Shown piece after piece: positions 39,543-49,338 of a stretch of 64,000 nucleotides of DNA. Each line of letters opens with the position of its first letter. The stretch's first letter is position 1. The translations under genes and the position numbers were made by a program. Origin of the DNA: a virus; the IMG/VR virus record IMGVR_UViG_3300028146_000010, positions 1 through 64,000 of that record, one strand, 5' to 3'. The notes beneath the pieces are model-generated. The model did not search any database. It saw nothing but the letters and a program-made list of their open reading frames with translations, and was not told the DNA's origin.

Positions 39543-39714
39543 AGTTCCCTCTCTAGTCGTACAACCAACATGATTGCGGCAGATGCTATAACGAGCAGCA
39601 GCCAGAACGCTAACATCTCTCGACCAGTCGGATTGGCAACGCGACTTCCAAAATTCAGAGCCACGCCCGCCATGAATATCGCTAGCGTAACAAGTACGGT
39701 TTGAAGTAGAAATT

Positions 39715-40542
39715 TCATTGGATACATCTCACGGGAACGTCGTAGATGAGGCCGAGTTCCTCAAGCGACGAATCGAATAACCAGAGTTCGGCAGGGTAGG
39801 CTTTCTCGGCGCGATAACCATTCTCCGTTTCCACTACGCGGCCCCAGAGGGAGACTTGGCCGAGGACTTTAATTTCGCCGTAGGACGTTCCAATGGCAGC
39901 AACCAAGCCGTCCAATTCCTTGAACGCCCAAACGCCGCATTGACATTCCATCGCGGGCGCGGGGTGAGCAGCGGAGCGAGAGTCACACTTGGCATTCACC
40001 TGAGCTTTTGGTTCCCATATGTGCTCAGTGCCAAGCGCCTTGAGCCGATAGCCGCCATTGTTGACCACGCGCCACGCTCGCCATGCGGTGATAACTTCCA
40101 TCAAGTCGGGCATTCGCTCGGCAACTTTGTAGGGTTCCGCTTTCTTAAGAGATTCAAGTTTAGCGGCATCCACGGCGGGCGTCTTCACGATAGGCTCGCC
40201 CCATACATTTGCAACCCATGAGGGCATCGTAGGCGGCACCGCAGGAGCAGCGAACCAGTTAGACGATAACTGACGGTTTCTCAGTTCGTACATTTCCCGC
40301 TCGTATCGCTCCCGTTCGTACCGTTCACGCTCTTCTCGCTGTCGCTGCTCTTGCATGAACAGCAACGCCTCCCTGAACTCTTGCTCCTGATTCGCCGTCT
40401 TTGGATTTGCCATCACATTGTCCCTGTAATCCGGGAAGGCTATCTTAGCCAACCCACGCTTCATCGACGCCTGATCGCGTTCGCGCATCTCACGCACTTT
40501 CACCATTTCAGGTGTCTCAAATCGTTGCCGCTTCGCCATCAC
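39715..40542 (-). CDS. protein with C-terminal HPAP-CxCG-LWGRV-GYRA domain
   Basis: AWRAWR...HPAPAMECQCGVWAF...VLGQVSLWGRVVETENGYRAEKA. Confidence 0.7.
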   Translation of the reverse strand: MMAKRQRFETPEMVKVREMRERDQASMKRGLAKIAFPDYRDNVMANPKTANQEQEFREALLFMQEQRQREERERYERERYEREMYELRNRQLSSNWFAAPAVPPTMPSWVANVWGEPIVKTPAVDAAKLESLKKAEPYKVAERMPDLMEVITAWRAWRVVNNGGYRLKALGTEHIWEPKAQVNAKCDSRSAAHPAPAMECQCGVWAFKELDGLVAAIGTSYGEIKVLGQVSLWGRVVETENGYRAEKAYPAELWLFDSSLEELGLIYDVPVRCIQ

Positions 40543-40676
40543 ACCTCCACAGGCTCCTCAATGGTATTCGGCCACTCCATCGGCTTCTCCGCTGGCTGCT
40601 CGCTTGGTTGTCGCAACGGCTCCGGTAGCTCCAGAGGCTCACAAATAATTACCTTGACAGGTTTACCGATTTCCAT
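40539..40676 (-). CDS. 45-aa Pro/Glu-rich peptide
   Basis: Below ORF-track cut-off; MEIGKPVKVIICEPLELPEPLRQPSEQPAEKPMEWPNTIEEPVEV, RBS GGAGG, stop overlaps next start. Confidence 0.7.
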   Translation of the reverse strand: MEIGKPVKVIICEPLELPEPLRQPSEQPAEKPMEWPNTIEEPVEV

Positions 40677-40696
40677 GTTCTTTGTCCTCCACCCTC

Positions 40697-40727
40697 ATCC
40701 TACACCATGCACCCTGCATTGTGTCAA
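40697..40727 (-). promoter_or_regulatory. sigma70-like promoter
   Basis: TTGACA-19 nt-TAGGAT (long spacer). Confidence 0.5.
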
Positions 40728-41004
40728 GGACTTTCCTGGATTATTTTGGGTGGTTCGTTGGTGAGGCATTATTCGCACGGTACCTATCTGCTATGCCCCC
40801 GCCGTCAATCGCGGGTCTACCCGGTCGCTGTGACGGCTGCGACGCCCCCCCCTACTCACAATTATTTATGGTGGTGATGCGCTCCAATAAGGACCGTCCC
40901 CCGCGCTTTAGTGGGCACCTGTAAAGCACCTACGCCAGCGCGAAAGGGCACGCCACCTGCCTCACCGGGCAGGTATCTAGCAATGAGGGCGGGGAGAGGG
41001 GTCA

Positions 41005-41391
41005 CTATTCACGCGGCAGACCAAACAACGGGGCCATCTGTGCCACCGTCATGCGCTTCTTATAGATAGGTAGGATGCGTTGGTCAGCCTGTGCGGTCAG
41101 TTGAGCCAGCGCCAGCCACACATACGCTGCTGGCTCACGCTTGCCACACTCCCAGTCGCTCACCGTCTGCTTGCGTCTCAGGCCCAGTGCAAGGGCGAGT
41201 TGGCGTTGAGAGAGGTTGAGGGCGAGGCGGGCGGACTTGACGCGAGTTGCTGATGTCGTATCAAGCTCGCACTTGCAACTACACAGAGCGCGTTGATTGC
41301 TATCTGGCTGATTAGCAACGTAAGGTCTACCATGCAGACACCATCCGTTAGCGTCAACGCCATCGGCATGGTTGCATTTTACGCAACTCAT
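41005..41391 (-). CDS. XRE-family HTH regulator
   Basis: VKSARLALNLSQRQLALALGLRRKQTVSDWECGKREP. Confidence 0.85.
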   Translation of the reverse strand: MSCVKCNHADGVDANGWCLHGRPYVANQPDSNQRALCSCKCELDTTSATRVKSARLALNLSQRQLALALGLRRKQTVSDWECGKREPAAYVWLALAQLTAQADQRILPIYKKRMTVAQMAPLFGLPRE

Positions 41392-41883
41392 TGGCTCTTT
41401 CCTCGCTTCGGAATTGAGAGGACTACGGTTACTTTAGTGCCTGCTTTTAACCCGGCGACGCGACCATCCGGCACGATATCCACGCTAACTCGCCAAATCT
41501 TAAGCTCGCCGCTATGCTGATCGTAAATCGGCTCAACGTACCGCTCAAACGTCAACGGAAGTTTATGCTTACGGTTATATCCCATACTCCCGAACGAGCG
41601 AACTAATCCGAGACTCTTGTGTTCCCGGCTGAAATGCTAACGGATGCTCGATTTCAACCAGCCAGCGGTCAATTAAGTCTCGCTGCGCCTTGTTCATGCG
41701 AAAGTAAGCATCGGAAACAAACCGACCATTCTCGTACTTGGCGAGATAGAGACAGTCTGCCAGCACTTGCGGCATGGTTGACCGCGCAACGTAGTCATCG
41801 GTGTAAATCTCTTCAATTGGCCGTAAGTCTGTACACATAGCTTCGTGCCCTTCCATTGGCTGCGAATTGGTTAAATCTCACCC

Positions 41884-41965
41884 ATCCTACACCCGTACCG
41901 CAGAGCGTGTCAATGGCAGGATTCTGCCTATTACGCTTGACAACCAATTACCTCTACCTATATCG
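41884..41965. promoter_or_regulatory. divergent sigma70-like promoters
   Basis: Minus: TTGACA-18-TAGGAT (about 41913-41884); plus: TTGACA at 41937 with TATATC shortly before ATG 41973. Confidence 0.55.
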
Positions 41966-41972
41966 TAGACCT

Positions 41973-42140
41973 ATGGCTAAACCTAAAGCTAAACCGCAAC
42001 CTACACCTAGCCCTACACCTAAATACCAATCCTATACCTACAGCCTACACGTAGAGGTCGCGGCCAAGCTCGCCGCACTCGCACGGCAACACGGCAGTGT
42101 CAACAAGGCTCTGAGGGTTGTCCTAAAGGTAAAGGGTTAG
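41973..42140 (+). CDS. small putative ribbon-helix-helix protein
   Basis: Start MAKPKAK; YTYSLHVEVAAKLAALARQHGSVNKALRVVL. Confidence 0.55.
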   Translation: MAKPKAKPQPTPSPTPKYQSYTYSLHVEVAAKLAALARQHGSVNKALRVVLKVKG

Positions 42141-42155
42141 GTAGAGGGCTAGGTA

Positions 42156-42719
42156 CTACTGATTCCCACCATCAATCGGCGCGGCCTCAGGGTGGGTGAG
42201 ACTATCCCGTATACTTTGCTGGAATTGCTCCGGCCAAGCAGCGATGTCGGCGTATGCGGGTATCTTGCTGAGCGCTGGGTAGAGTTGCACTGCGGTTTGT
42301 GATTCGGTGAGGTTGTCGGCAATAGATGCGTCTTGGATTAGTTTCACCAATGATTGAGCTGTAGCATCGCGTTCGGTGGTGTCGGTAGACTCTACCCGAT
42401 CCACAAACAGTTTGTTGGCTTTTCCTGAGAGTTCTAACGCTTTTAACTTTCCTGCTTCGCTTACTTTCTCACAGGGAGCGCGAGCCATTGTGGACAGCTC
42501 TTCGAGTATTTCATCGGCTGAGATTTTTGCGGACATAACGTGCTTCTCGATTAAACGGATACAATTAACATTAGATAACAGCCTGTGAGCGATAACATTC
42601 GCGCTCTTGCGTTTATCTGTCCAGCCTAAGTTTAGAACCGCCTGAGTGCCGTTAAAGCCCACAGAAACGTATTCTGGGGCGAACTGGCGATAACGCTTTG
42701 ATGCTGGTCGGCCATTCAT
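42156..42719 (-). CDS. terS: terminase small subunit
   Basis: FAPEYV..GFNGTQAV..G...ANVIAHRLLSN...ISADEILEEL...KLKALELSGK..KLFVDRVE. Confidence 0.8.
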   Translation of the reverse strand: MNGRPASKRYRQFAPEYVSVGFNGTQAVLNLGWTDKRKSANVIAHRLLSNVNCIRLIEKHVMSAKISADEILEELSTMARAPCEKVSEAGKLKALELSGKANKLFVDRVESTDTTERDATAQSLVKLIQDASIADNLTESQTAVQLYPALSKIPAYADIAAWPEQFQQSIRDSLTHPEAAPIDGGNQ

Positions 42720-42822
42720 TCACGCCATAACTTAGCACTGAATCGCTGAAATTGGAATAGTAGCAATTCCCTGCCAGTGAAAATAGGCAGTTTTCTGCTA
42801 TACAGAAATACAGGATCATGCC

Positions 42823-42851
42823 TTGCAAATGTCTAGACACGTGTCTATACT
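42823..42851 (+). promoter_or_regulatory. promoter with palindromic operator
   Basis: TTGCAA-17-TATACT; perfect palindrome TAGACACGTGTCTA at 42834-42847; ATG 6 nt downstream. Confidence 0.65.
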
Positions 42852-42857
42852 CTGCTC

Positions 42858-43397
42858 ATGTTTGACCAGATGCTTAAAGCGGCGCGACTTAACTTAGGAC
42901 TATCGCAAGAGGAATTGGCGCATAAGCTAAAAGTGAGCGCGCGAACTGTTTCCAGATGGGAATGTGGAGATGTGAAACCGTCAGCCCCGGCTATCGCGAT
43001 ATTCGCGGTTTATCTCAATCGAGCGCCGCAAGGTTACATGGTAGCGTTTCCAGCTTCGATTGCTCGTGAGTATAAGCGATTAAGCATAAAAGCTGGCGGA
43101 AAGATTAACAATGATGTCAAGCACGAACGATTGCCGCGTCCGAATACTTTAGGTTGTAGCGATTGTAGCAACACAGCGCGAATTTACGATCATCGAGACT
43201 ATTTGGCACCGTTAGACATAGAACCTGTTTGTGACGGCTGCAATTCACATCGAGGCATGGCAATTAATACTCTTCTCGCGCATGAAGATTATTGGCAGTC
43301 GTTTGATTGGAATGAGCCACCAGCGCAAGAGCGGCATCCGCAATGGAAAGGTCAGACAGATGCGGTGAGGAACTATCGGAAGGATGGCAGTAAGTAA
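42858..43397 (+). CDS. XRE HTH fused to HNH-type domain
   Basis: LSQEELAHKLKVSARTVSRWECG plus CSDC...YDHRDYLAPLDIEPVCDGCN. Confidence 0.8.
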   Translation: MFDQMLKAARLNLGLSQEELAHKLKVSARTVSRWECGDVKPSAPAIAIFAVYLNRAPQGYMVAFPASIAREYKRLSIKAGGKINNDVKHERLPRPNTLGCSDCSNTARIYDHRDYLAPLDIEPVCDGCNSHRGMAINTLLAHEDYWQSFDWNEPPAQERHPQWKGQTDAVRNYRKDGSK

Positions 43398-43435
43398 CTG
43401 CCTTGTTAGTCAAGTCACTGGTCTGGAGGGCAATA

Positions 43436-46400
43436 ATGGAAACACCAATTAGCGAAACGCTTGAAGCAATGATTGACAAGCACGGCTTGTTACACGTGCT
43501 CACGGCTTTAGAGCTAATCTGTGGCGAGAAGGCTGAACATATCAAAGTCAACTGGCAAGACAAGGTTACTGCAAAGCCGTGGGAAAGAGCATCGAATGCG
43601 CTTTATACGGCGGTCAGGAAAATTGACGATTTAGGGGTATAGCAATCACGTCTTATTCCGGTTATCAACGGCCAGATGGGAGAGGGAGAGACGATGGCGA
43701 AACTTACCAAACGAATGCAATCTGACCTCGCTGGTAAAGAGGCAGGGATACATCAAGCGCGGCGCGCTTACGAACTGGCGCAAACTGGATTAGACATTGA
43801 CGATCCTGATTATTACCGAAAACTTCACAACAAGGAAGGATTGATTATGGCAGGGCAGCAAACATCATATGAGCGCGGTTTTTATGACGGGTCGCGCGGC
43901 CTTACCGCTGCGTATTATCCCCAGCAAGAGGGAAATCCTCATGACGAATACCAACGTGGATTCCGAGAGGGTTCCCGCGAACGTAACAAGTTGAATAGCC
44001 GCCCGATTAATACAGCACTCAAACCTTCGTTTGAAATTGGCTGTGCCGCTCACGGCTTTAAGTTCCGCGAAGGTTGTGACGCTTGCGGCGCTGAATACCT
44101 TGACAGCCAGCTTGGCGAGTTTTGACCAAAAGGCTATTCAGACGATGACGCGTAACCATCCACCATCCACGGCTACGAAACGGCAGGGAGAGAAATCAAT
44201 CATGGAATTACCAAGTTGGATGTATACACAGATTATCACTGATTCAAGTGTCAAGGCCGTGTGGTGCTTTTGCGGTGCACCGGCGCTTAGTTACTGCAAT
44301 GGATCGCAATTCGTCTGCGATGGTGGCGGCCACTTTGGAATGCCAATGGTGACGCTCAAGCCGCGACCGGGAGCGCAGAGATTCGTGGAGGCTGCGTGTG
44401 CGTCGGCTTTGGCTAAGGCGCGTGGCGACTCGCTGAGAAAGAAACCAAGACGGCGACGGGTGCGACCATGATCGAAGCTGCCATGTTCACGATATTTCTC
44501 TACAACGTGGCGGTGAGGTTGAGGCGGTATCATGGGGAGCTATTTCAATCGAGGTAACTATGACCAAGTACAGCAAACCCAAGTGTCCCAAGTGCGGTGA
44601 GGAGCAAACTTTACGTCACCGTCTCTATTCAATCTGGCATGAGTGCAAAAAGTGTCGGCATTCATTTCAGGCTAATTGCTCGCCGCATAAGCATGGCGGT
44701 TGGCTGAGGTAGGCGGCATAAGGAAGGGGGCGACAGCCATGAGTAACGATTTAGACCGTGAATCACGTACCGAGTTAATGGCGGACGTGGACGTGGCGAT
44801 GGAGTTGACTGGCGGACATGACAGCGACATCTGTACGCAAGGGACAGACGGTCGGCCATGCTGGATGTGTGAATGGGCCAATAGTGCGGAACGACGGCAA
44901 GCGCTGAAACAGTTAGCCGAGGCGGGTGTGTTCAGTGCGCGACCTTCCACTATGTCCATCCACGACCTTGCGGCGATCCGTCGCGCTATCCTGACGGTGA
45001 TTGATCGTGGAGCGTGCGTGATGAACAGAGACGACACCGACATGCTCGCCGCTGCACTGGCCTGTGGGTTGTTTGTGGCCGTGGCTGCGCTGGTGTGGTG
45101 GCTGGCGGGATGATAATCGCGCTTGACACTGCCTGCTAAGTAGCCCTACAATAGGCGTCTAAACGCGTCCTAACGCGTACAAGACGGGAGGGTTCACCAT
45201 TGCCACGCAAGCGGGTAGAGTTGAAACAACGGGAGTGCAAGAATAAGGGATGCTCGGAGCGGTTCAAGCCGACGCGTCCACATCAGGAGTATTGCTGTAC
45301 GTCATGCCGGAGAGAGGCATGGTTTGAGCGAACTTACGTTAAGCGGAAAAGGTGACAAGTCATGACAAAGCCAAGATTCGATGTGGGTGATACGGTTTGG
45401 TACGTGCAAAGTGGCACTAATCAGCGGTACGTCACGTGTCCTGATTGTCTGGGCCAGCGCGTTCTAACTGTAATACTCGGTGACGATTCGCAAGTGTCGG
45501 TTAGTTGTACGTGCTGTGAGCGCGGGTATTTAGGATCGCAAGGACAAGTGTTGGCTTACGATTGGCACTGTGAGGTGTTGAACGGCCCGATTGTAGGCAT
45601 GGATGTTGACCATGAGAGCGTGAAATATAAAGTTCAGGTTTGGCACGTGGAAGGTTCATATACCATCCATCCCGATGCTGTTTATGCTTCCGAGGAAGAC
45701 GCAAGGGAAGCAGCGGTCAAGGTGCTCGCTGATCATAAGGCCGACGAAGCTCACCGTTTCGCTAACGTGAAAGACCAAAAAGGCCGTCATCGCTCATGGG
45801 CATGGAACGCAACCTATCATCGCAATTGCGCAAGACGAGCGGAAAAAGAACTTGAATACCATCGGGGCCGTCTGGCCGTTGCGAAGACAAAGGCAAAGTT
45901 GCCGGAGGTTGCGCCATGACCAAACCATCACCCCTGCGGCTGGCGGTCACACGGTACGAGCTAACCGACCCGGAAGCCGTGCTGCTTGACGGTCAAGTAC
46001 GCGACACCGTGCAATCTTTGATAGACGCTGCAAAGGCCAGACTATCAGCGATTGGCCTCTATAGCGATTTGTCCGAACGTGAGGCCGGGTTCGTTGCAGA
46101 TGTAACAACCGAAGCGCATACCCAGAAAATCCTTGCTCATGGTTGCGAATATATCCGTAGATGCCCGGTTTGCGAAAAGGACGCTGGTTATCACATTCGC
46201 ACTCGTTCATCCCGCAACGGTCGCAAAGGGCAACCAGATTTTTCCAAGCCAAAGCTATTTCCTGCGCTTGAGTTTCATCAGAGCTTTATAACTATCAAGA
46301 ATCGCGTTGCGCTTGGCTGTTGTCAGGATTGCTTTGCTCGCGTAAAGCCGTATCTGGCTGACGCGCTAAAAGACGTTAAGGCTCAAATTCCCTCGAACGT

Positions 46401-47507
46401 CACAGGGCATAAACCCACCTATCTGCGCATGACTTGCACAAAGTGTTCATGGATCGGGCTGGAAAGTGAAATGGGAAAACTGCCAGCCATAATGGGAAAC
46501 GGTTACTATCCCGGCAAGTGCCCTTCGTGCGGTGCCGAGAACCAGTTATTCTCAAGAAACATCGAAGCAGTTAGCCCAGTTGAATACGCAGTTGTACCAA
46601 ACAAGGAAGGACGAGACTGGTAATGTCTAAACCTACTAACAGACTGCGGCTGGCCGACAGCGACGACCCGACGACTCCAGCGGATATTGAACTAGCCCGA
46701 ATAGCCCAAAGTCACCGGGAATGGTGCGGGCCGAATGGTCTGGGTTGGAAACCTTATGTCGGGCCAACGGGGAAGTCAGCCAATGACGTTGATGAGATTG
46801 TGGCGCGACAGTACAGGGTGGTGGCTGACCGTCCGGTGCCGTGGGTGCGCAGAGCGTTGAGGAGGATTGTCAGATGGATCAGATAACTAAGCCAGAAGTA
46901 AACCCTAATGCAGTATGGGATAAATCTCGATGTGACGAGCTGCAAATGCTTGAACGCCTTGTCTATGAAACGTCCATGATTAACAACGGAGGCCGCTGCT
47001 TGGAACGCATTGCCGAGTGTATCAGCATGGCGCAATCGCTTAGTTACACGGAACTCAATTCACCTATGCGGGTCAGTTTTCTGCAATTCCTAAGCAACCT
47101 TGCCATCAAAGACAGATTTTGGAGACCAACCATGACTACCCACTGGCGCAGCAATCTCACCGACTGGTACGACATCAGCGAGAGTGAACGGGATGAGCGG
47201 TGTGATGACCCCTGCCTGCCTGAACCGTGGGAACTGGAGGATGATGGCGATGATGAAACCGACGACTAGCTTCAGAGCCTCACGGCTGACAGGTGACGTG
47301 AAGGTTTGCGTCATGCGGTTATCAAGCGAGGAGTACGCGGACGTTGCCTTTGCCGACGACGGCGCACCGCTGGCTGCACAGTTTCCCGACTACATCTATG
47401 TTCTCGGAATCAACGACATGGACAAGATATTGGAGATTGCGCCCGTACCGACCGCTGGCATGTTGGAGTTGTTTCCTGAGTTGGCAGATTGGGCGGTGAT
47501 GCCATGA
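43436..47507 (+). other. cluster of small/medium early ORFs, several Cys-rich (e.g. 45362..45919, 45916..46623)
   Basis: Coupled ORFs with purine-rich RBS; promoter TTGACA-18-TACAAT at 45123. Confidence 0.7.
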
Positions 47508-47653
47508 CGAATGCTGACCTCTACCGATTAGTCCGCAAATCTCCCTTCCGCCGCCTGCTGGATTGGCTGGTGGGATGGTGACGCGACATTAGTTAGTACA
47601 CACGCGCGCGTAGACACAATTTGAAATTCGTGTTTAACAAGACTAAGTAGCTG

Positions 47654-47774
47654 ATAGATAGATAGATAACGATTGGACAGGGCTTGGACAATGGACGGAC
47701 AAACTTGGACAGTGTTTAACACCAAGACGGAAAAATGTCCAAGAATGTCCAAGCATTGTCTAACGCCTGTCCAA
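47654..47774. repeat. putative replication origin with convergent heptamer repeats
   Basis: TTGGACA at 47673, 47684, 47705; TGTCCAA at 47736, 47746, 47768 (TGTCTAA 47757); GATA x4 upstream; lies at the 3' end of the helicase gene. Confidence 0.7.
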
Positions 47775-47785
47775 CAGCTAAGTCC

Positions 47786-48709
47786 TTAATTATCAACGCT
47801 AATTGGGTGATCCTCTGCTATTTTCAGAGGGGGACGGTCTGAGCGTTCATAAACGCCAGCGTCCAGCGGAGTGAGAACTTGATTTTTTACGCAGTCCGTC
47901 ATGGCGCGATCCCCGGTCTTTTCGCTCACGTTCAAAGCCTTCGCCCATGCGATAATTTCAGACCGCAGTACCACGCTTCCCGCGCTCAGAGCCTCGATTC
48001 TCAGTTTCAGGGCCGCGCTTGGCTTGACTGAGGCAAGGGGCACTAACACGCCGTTGTTTCCAAACACGTAGCCGTGAGTCTCAGACGCCGCATTACGGGG
48101 CAAGATTTTGACTTTGATGTTGCCTGTGGATTCTTCCAGTTGAACGGTGATGATCGTATCGGAGTACGCGCCCCACGCGACCGAGCCAAGGATTAACTCT
48201 CGGGAATGCTGAAAGCCTTCGTCCAGTTTCATCTTTGGCGAGTGGGCGATGCCGAGGATTGTTATCTTCCGTTTCGCGCACAGCGTGGCGCTCTTTTTCA
48301 ACAGTCCAGCCACGGGCGCATAGCTGTTCCCTTTGTCGCCTACCAACGTCTGATAGCCCTCCACGATAAAGAACTTGGCGTCTGGGTAGACTTTCAGGGC
48401 CGCGTCAATGACACCTGCGATGGTTGCAACAGTGGATTCTATATCCTCTTGGCAGATAGTTCGAGTGATGATGTCGGCTAGTCCTAGTCGTTCCAATGTG
48501 CGCGTGACAGATGAACGCGAGCGGTCGAGGCTGATATAGACGTAAGGAACGGGATGCGATTCGTGACCAAATACCGGATCGCCGTTCTGCCAGTCGGCTA
48601 GAGTCTGGAAAATGAGCGTGGTCTTACCTGAGCCGGACGATCCGCCAAGCAAGTGGATTTCATTCGCAGGCAGTATTCCTTCTATAAGGAACTCAGGTGA
48701 ATCAGGCAA
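47786..48709 (-). CDS. RecA-fold AAA helicase (RepA/AAA_25-like) with probable C-terminal winged helix
   Basis: FLIEGILP, Walker A GSSGSGKTT, ILGIAHSPK, ILGSVAWGA. Confidence 0.85.
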   Translation of the reverse strand: MPDSPEFLIEGILPANEIHLLGGSSGSGKTTLIFQTLADWQNGDPVFGHESHPVPYVYISLDRSRSSVTRTLERLGLADIITRTICQEDIESTVATIAGVIDAALKVYPDAKFFIVEGYQTLVGDKGNSYAPVAGLLKKSATLCAKRKITILGIAHSPKMKLDEGFQHSRELILGSVAWGAYSDTIITVQLEESTGNIKVKILPRNAASETHGYVFGNNGVLVPLASVKPSAALKLRIEALSAGSVVLRSEIIAWAKALNVSEKTGDRAMTDCVKNQVLTPLDAGVYERSDRPPLKIAEDHPISVDN

Positions 48710-48712
48710 ACG

Positions 48713-49048
48713 CTACCACTCCCACGGCTTGCGCCGTCGATTCTTCCGATTATGCATAACGTTATCGGTAGGCTCATAGCGCCTGATCATGTATTGCTCT
48801 ACGATGTCCAAATCTTGAGGCTCAAGAGCAATCCACGCGACGTGACAATCGGCTAAAAACCATCCTCGCTTCTTACAGCGACGGCGCAAGGACGTAGCCT
48901 TACCGATATACATGATGCCGTATTTAGGGTGAATAAGAATGTAGACGCCTGAGCGATCCGGCAACCTGCCGCATAAGGCATCTATGACCCGCCGACTACC
49001 GAAACAAACGGGCTTGCTGAGAATCTCACGCAGCCTTTCGTTTTCCAT
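48713..49048 (-). CDS. GIY-YIG nuclease
   Basis: SGVYIL...MYIGKATSLRRR...EQYMIRRYEPTDN. Confidence 0.85.
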   Translation of the reverse strand: MENERLREILSKPVCFGSRRVIDALCGRLPDRSGVYILIHPKYGIMYIGKATSLRRRCKKRGWFLADCHVAWIALEPQDLDIVEQYMIRRYEPTDNVMHNRKNRRRKPWEW

Positions 49049-49211
49049 TTTTGCGCGCTTTGTAGCGGTCGATTTGAGATTGCTTGATAAGCCACACGCC
49101 GCCAATGTTTACCGCTTCGATTCGGCCCGCAATGATTAGCTGGCGGATTCGACTGTCGGTAACGCCTAGCTGTGCGCCTGCTTCTGTGGTGGTTACACGT
49201 CCTGCAATCAT
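49026..49211 (-). CDS. excisionase-like HTH (HTH_17) protein
   Basis: TTTEAGAQLGVTDSRIRQLIIAGRIEAVNIGGVWLI. Confidence 0.85.
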   Translation of the reverse strand: MIAGRVTTTEAGAQLGVTDSRIRQLIIAGRIEAVNIGGVWLIKQSQIDRYKARKNGKRKAA

Positions 49212-49218
49212 GGTTGGC

Positions 49219-49312
49219 AGTATACTTTCATCTTCGTTAACCTGTCAACCGAAAACTTTCTCACGCAATCGTTAACTTTTCTCTTGACACCCACTCCCCG
49301 CCGTGGTAAGTT
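49219..49312. promoter_or_regulatory. divergent sigma70-like promoters
   Basis: Minus TTGACA-18-TATACT 7 nt before ATG 49211; plus TTGACA-17-TAAGTT near 49284. Confidence 0.7.
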
Positions 49313-49338
49313 GCTGGCACGATGAAAGGAACAATCGA

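Larger units (their letters stand above)
33975..39727 (-). other. cluster of roughly 15-20 small accessory ORFs
   Basis: Tightly packed, often ATGA-coupled ORFs of 60-245 aa, mostly without recognisable motifs. Confidence 0.7.

Noticed and set aside
48707-48715. GIY-YIG and helicase in frame across TAG CGT TTG
   Set aside because: A well-spaced GGGAG SD precedes the TTG, so independent initiation suffices; one in three junctions is in frame by chance.
49026-49211. Excisionase implying an integration module
   Set aside because: No integrase or att site visible; HTH_17 proteins are also common regulators.
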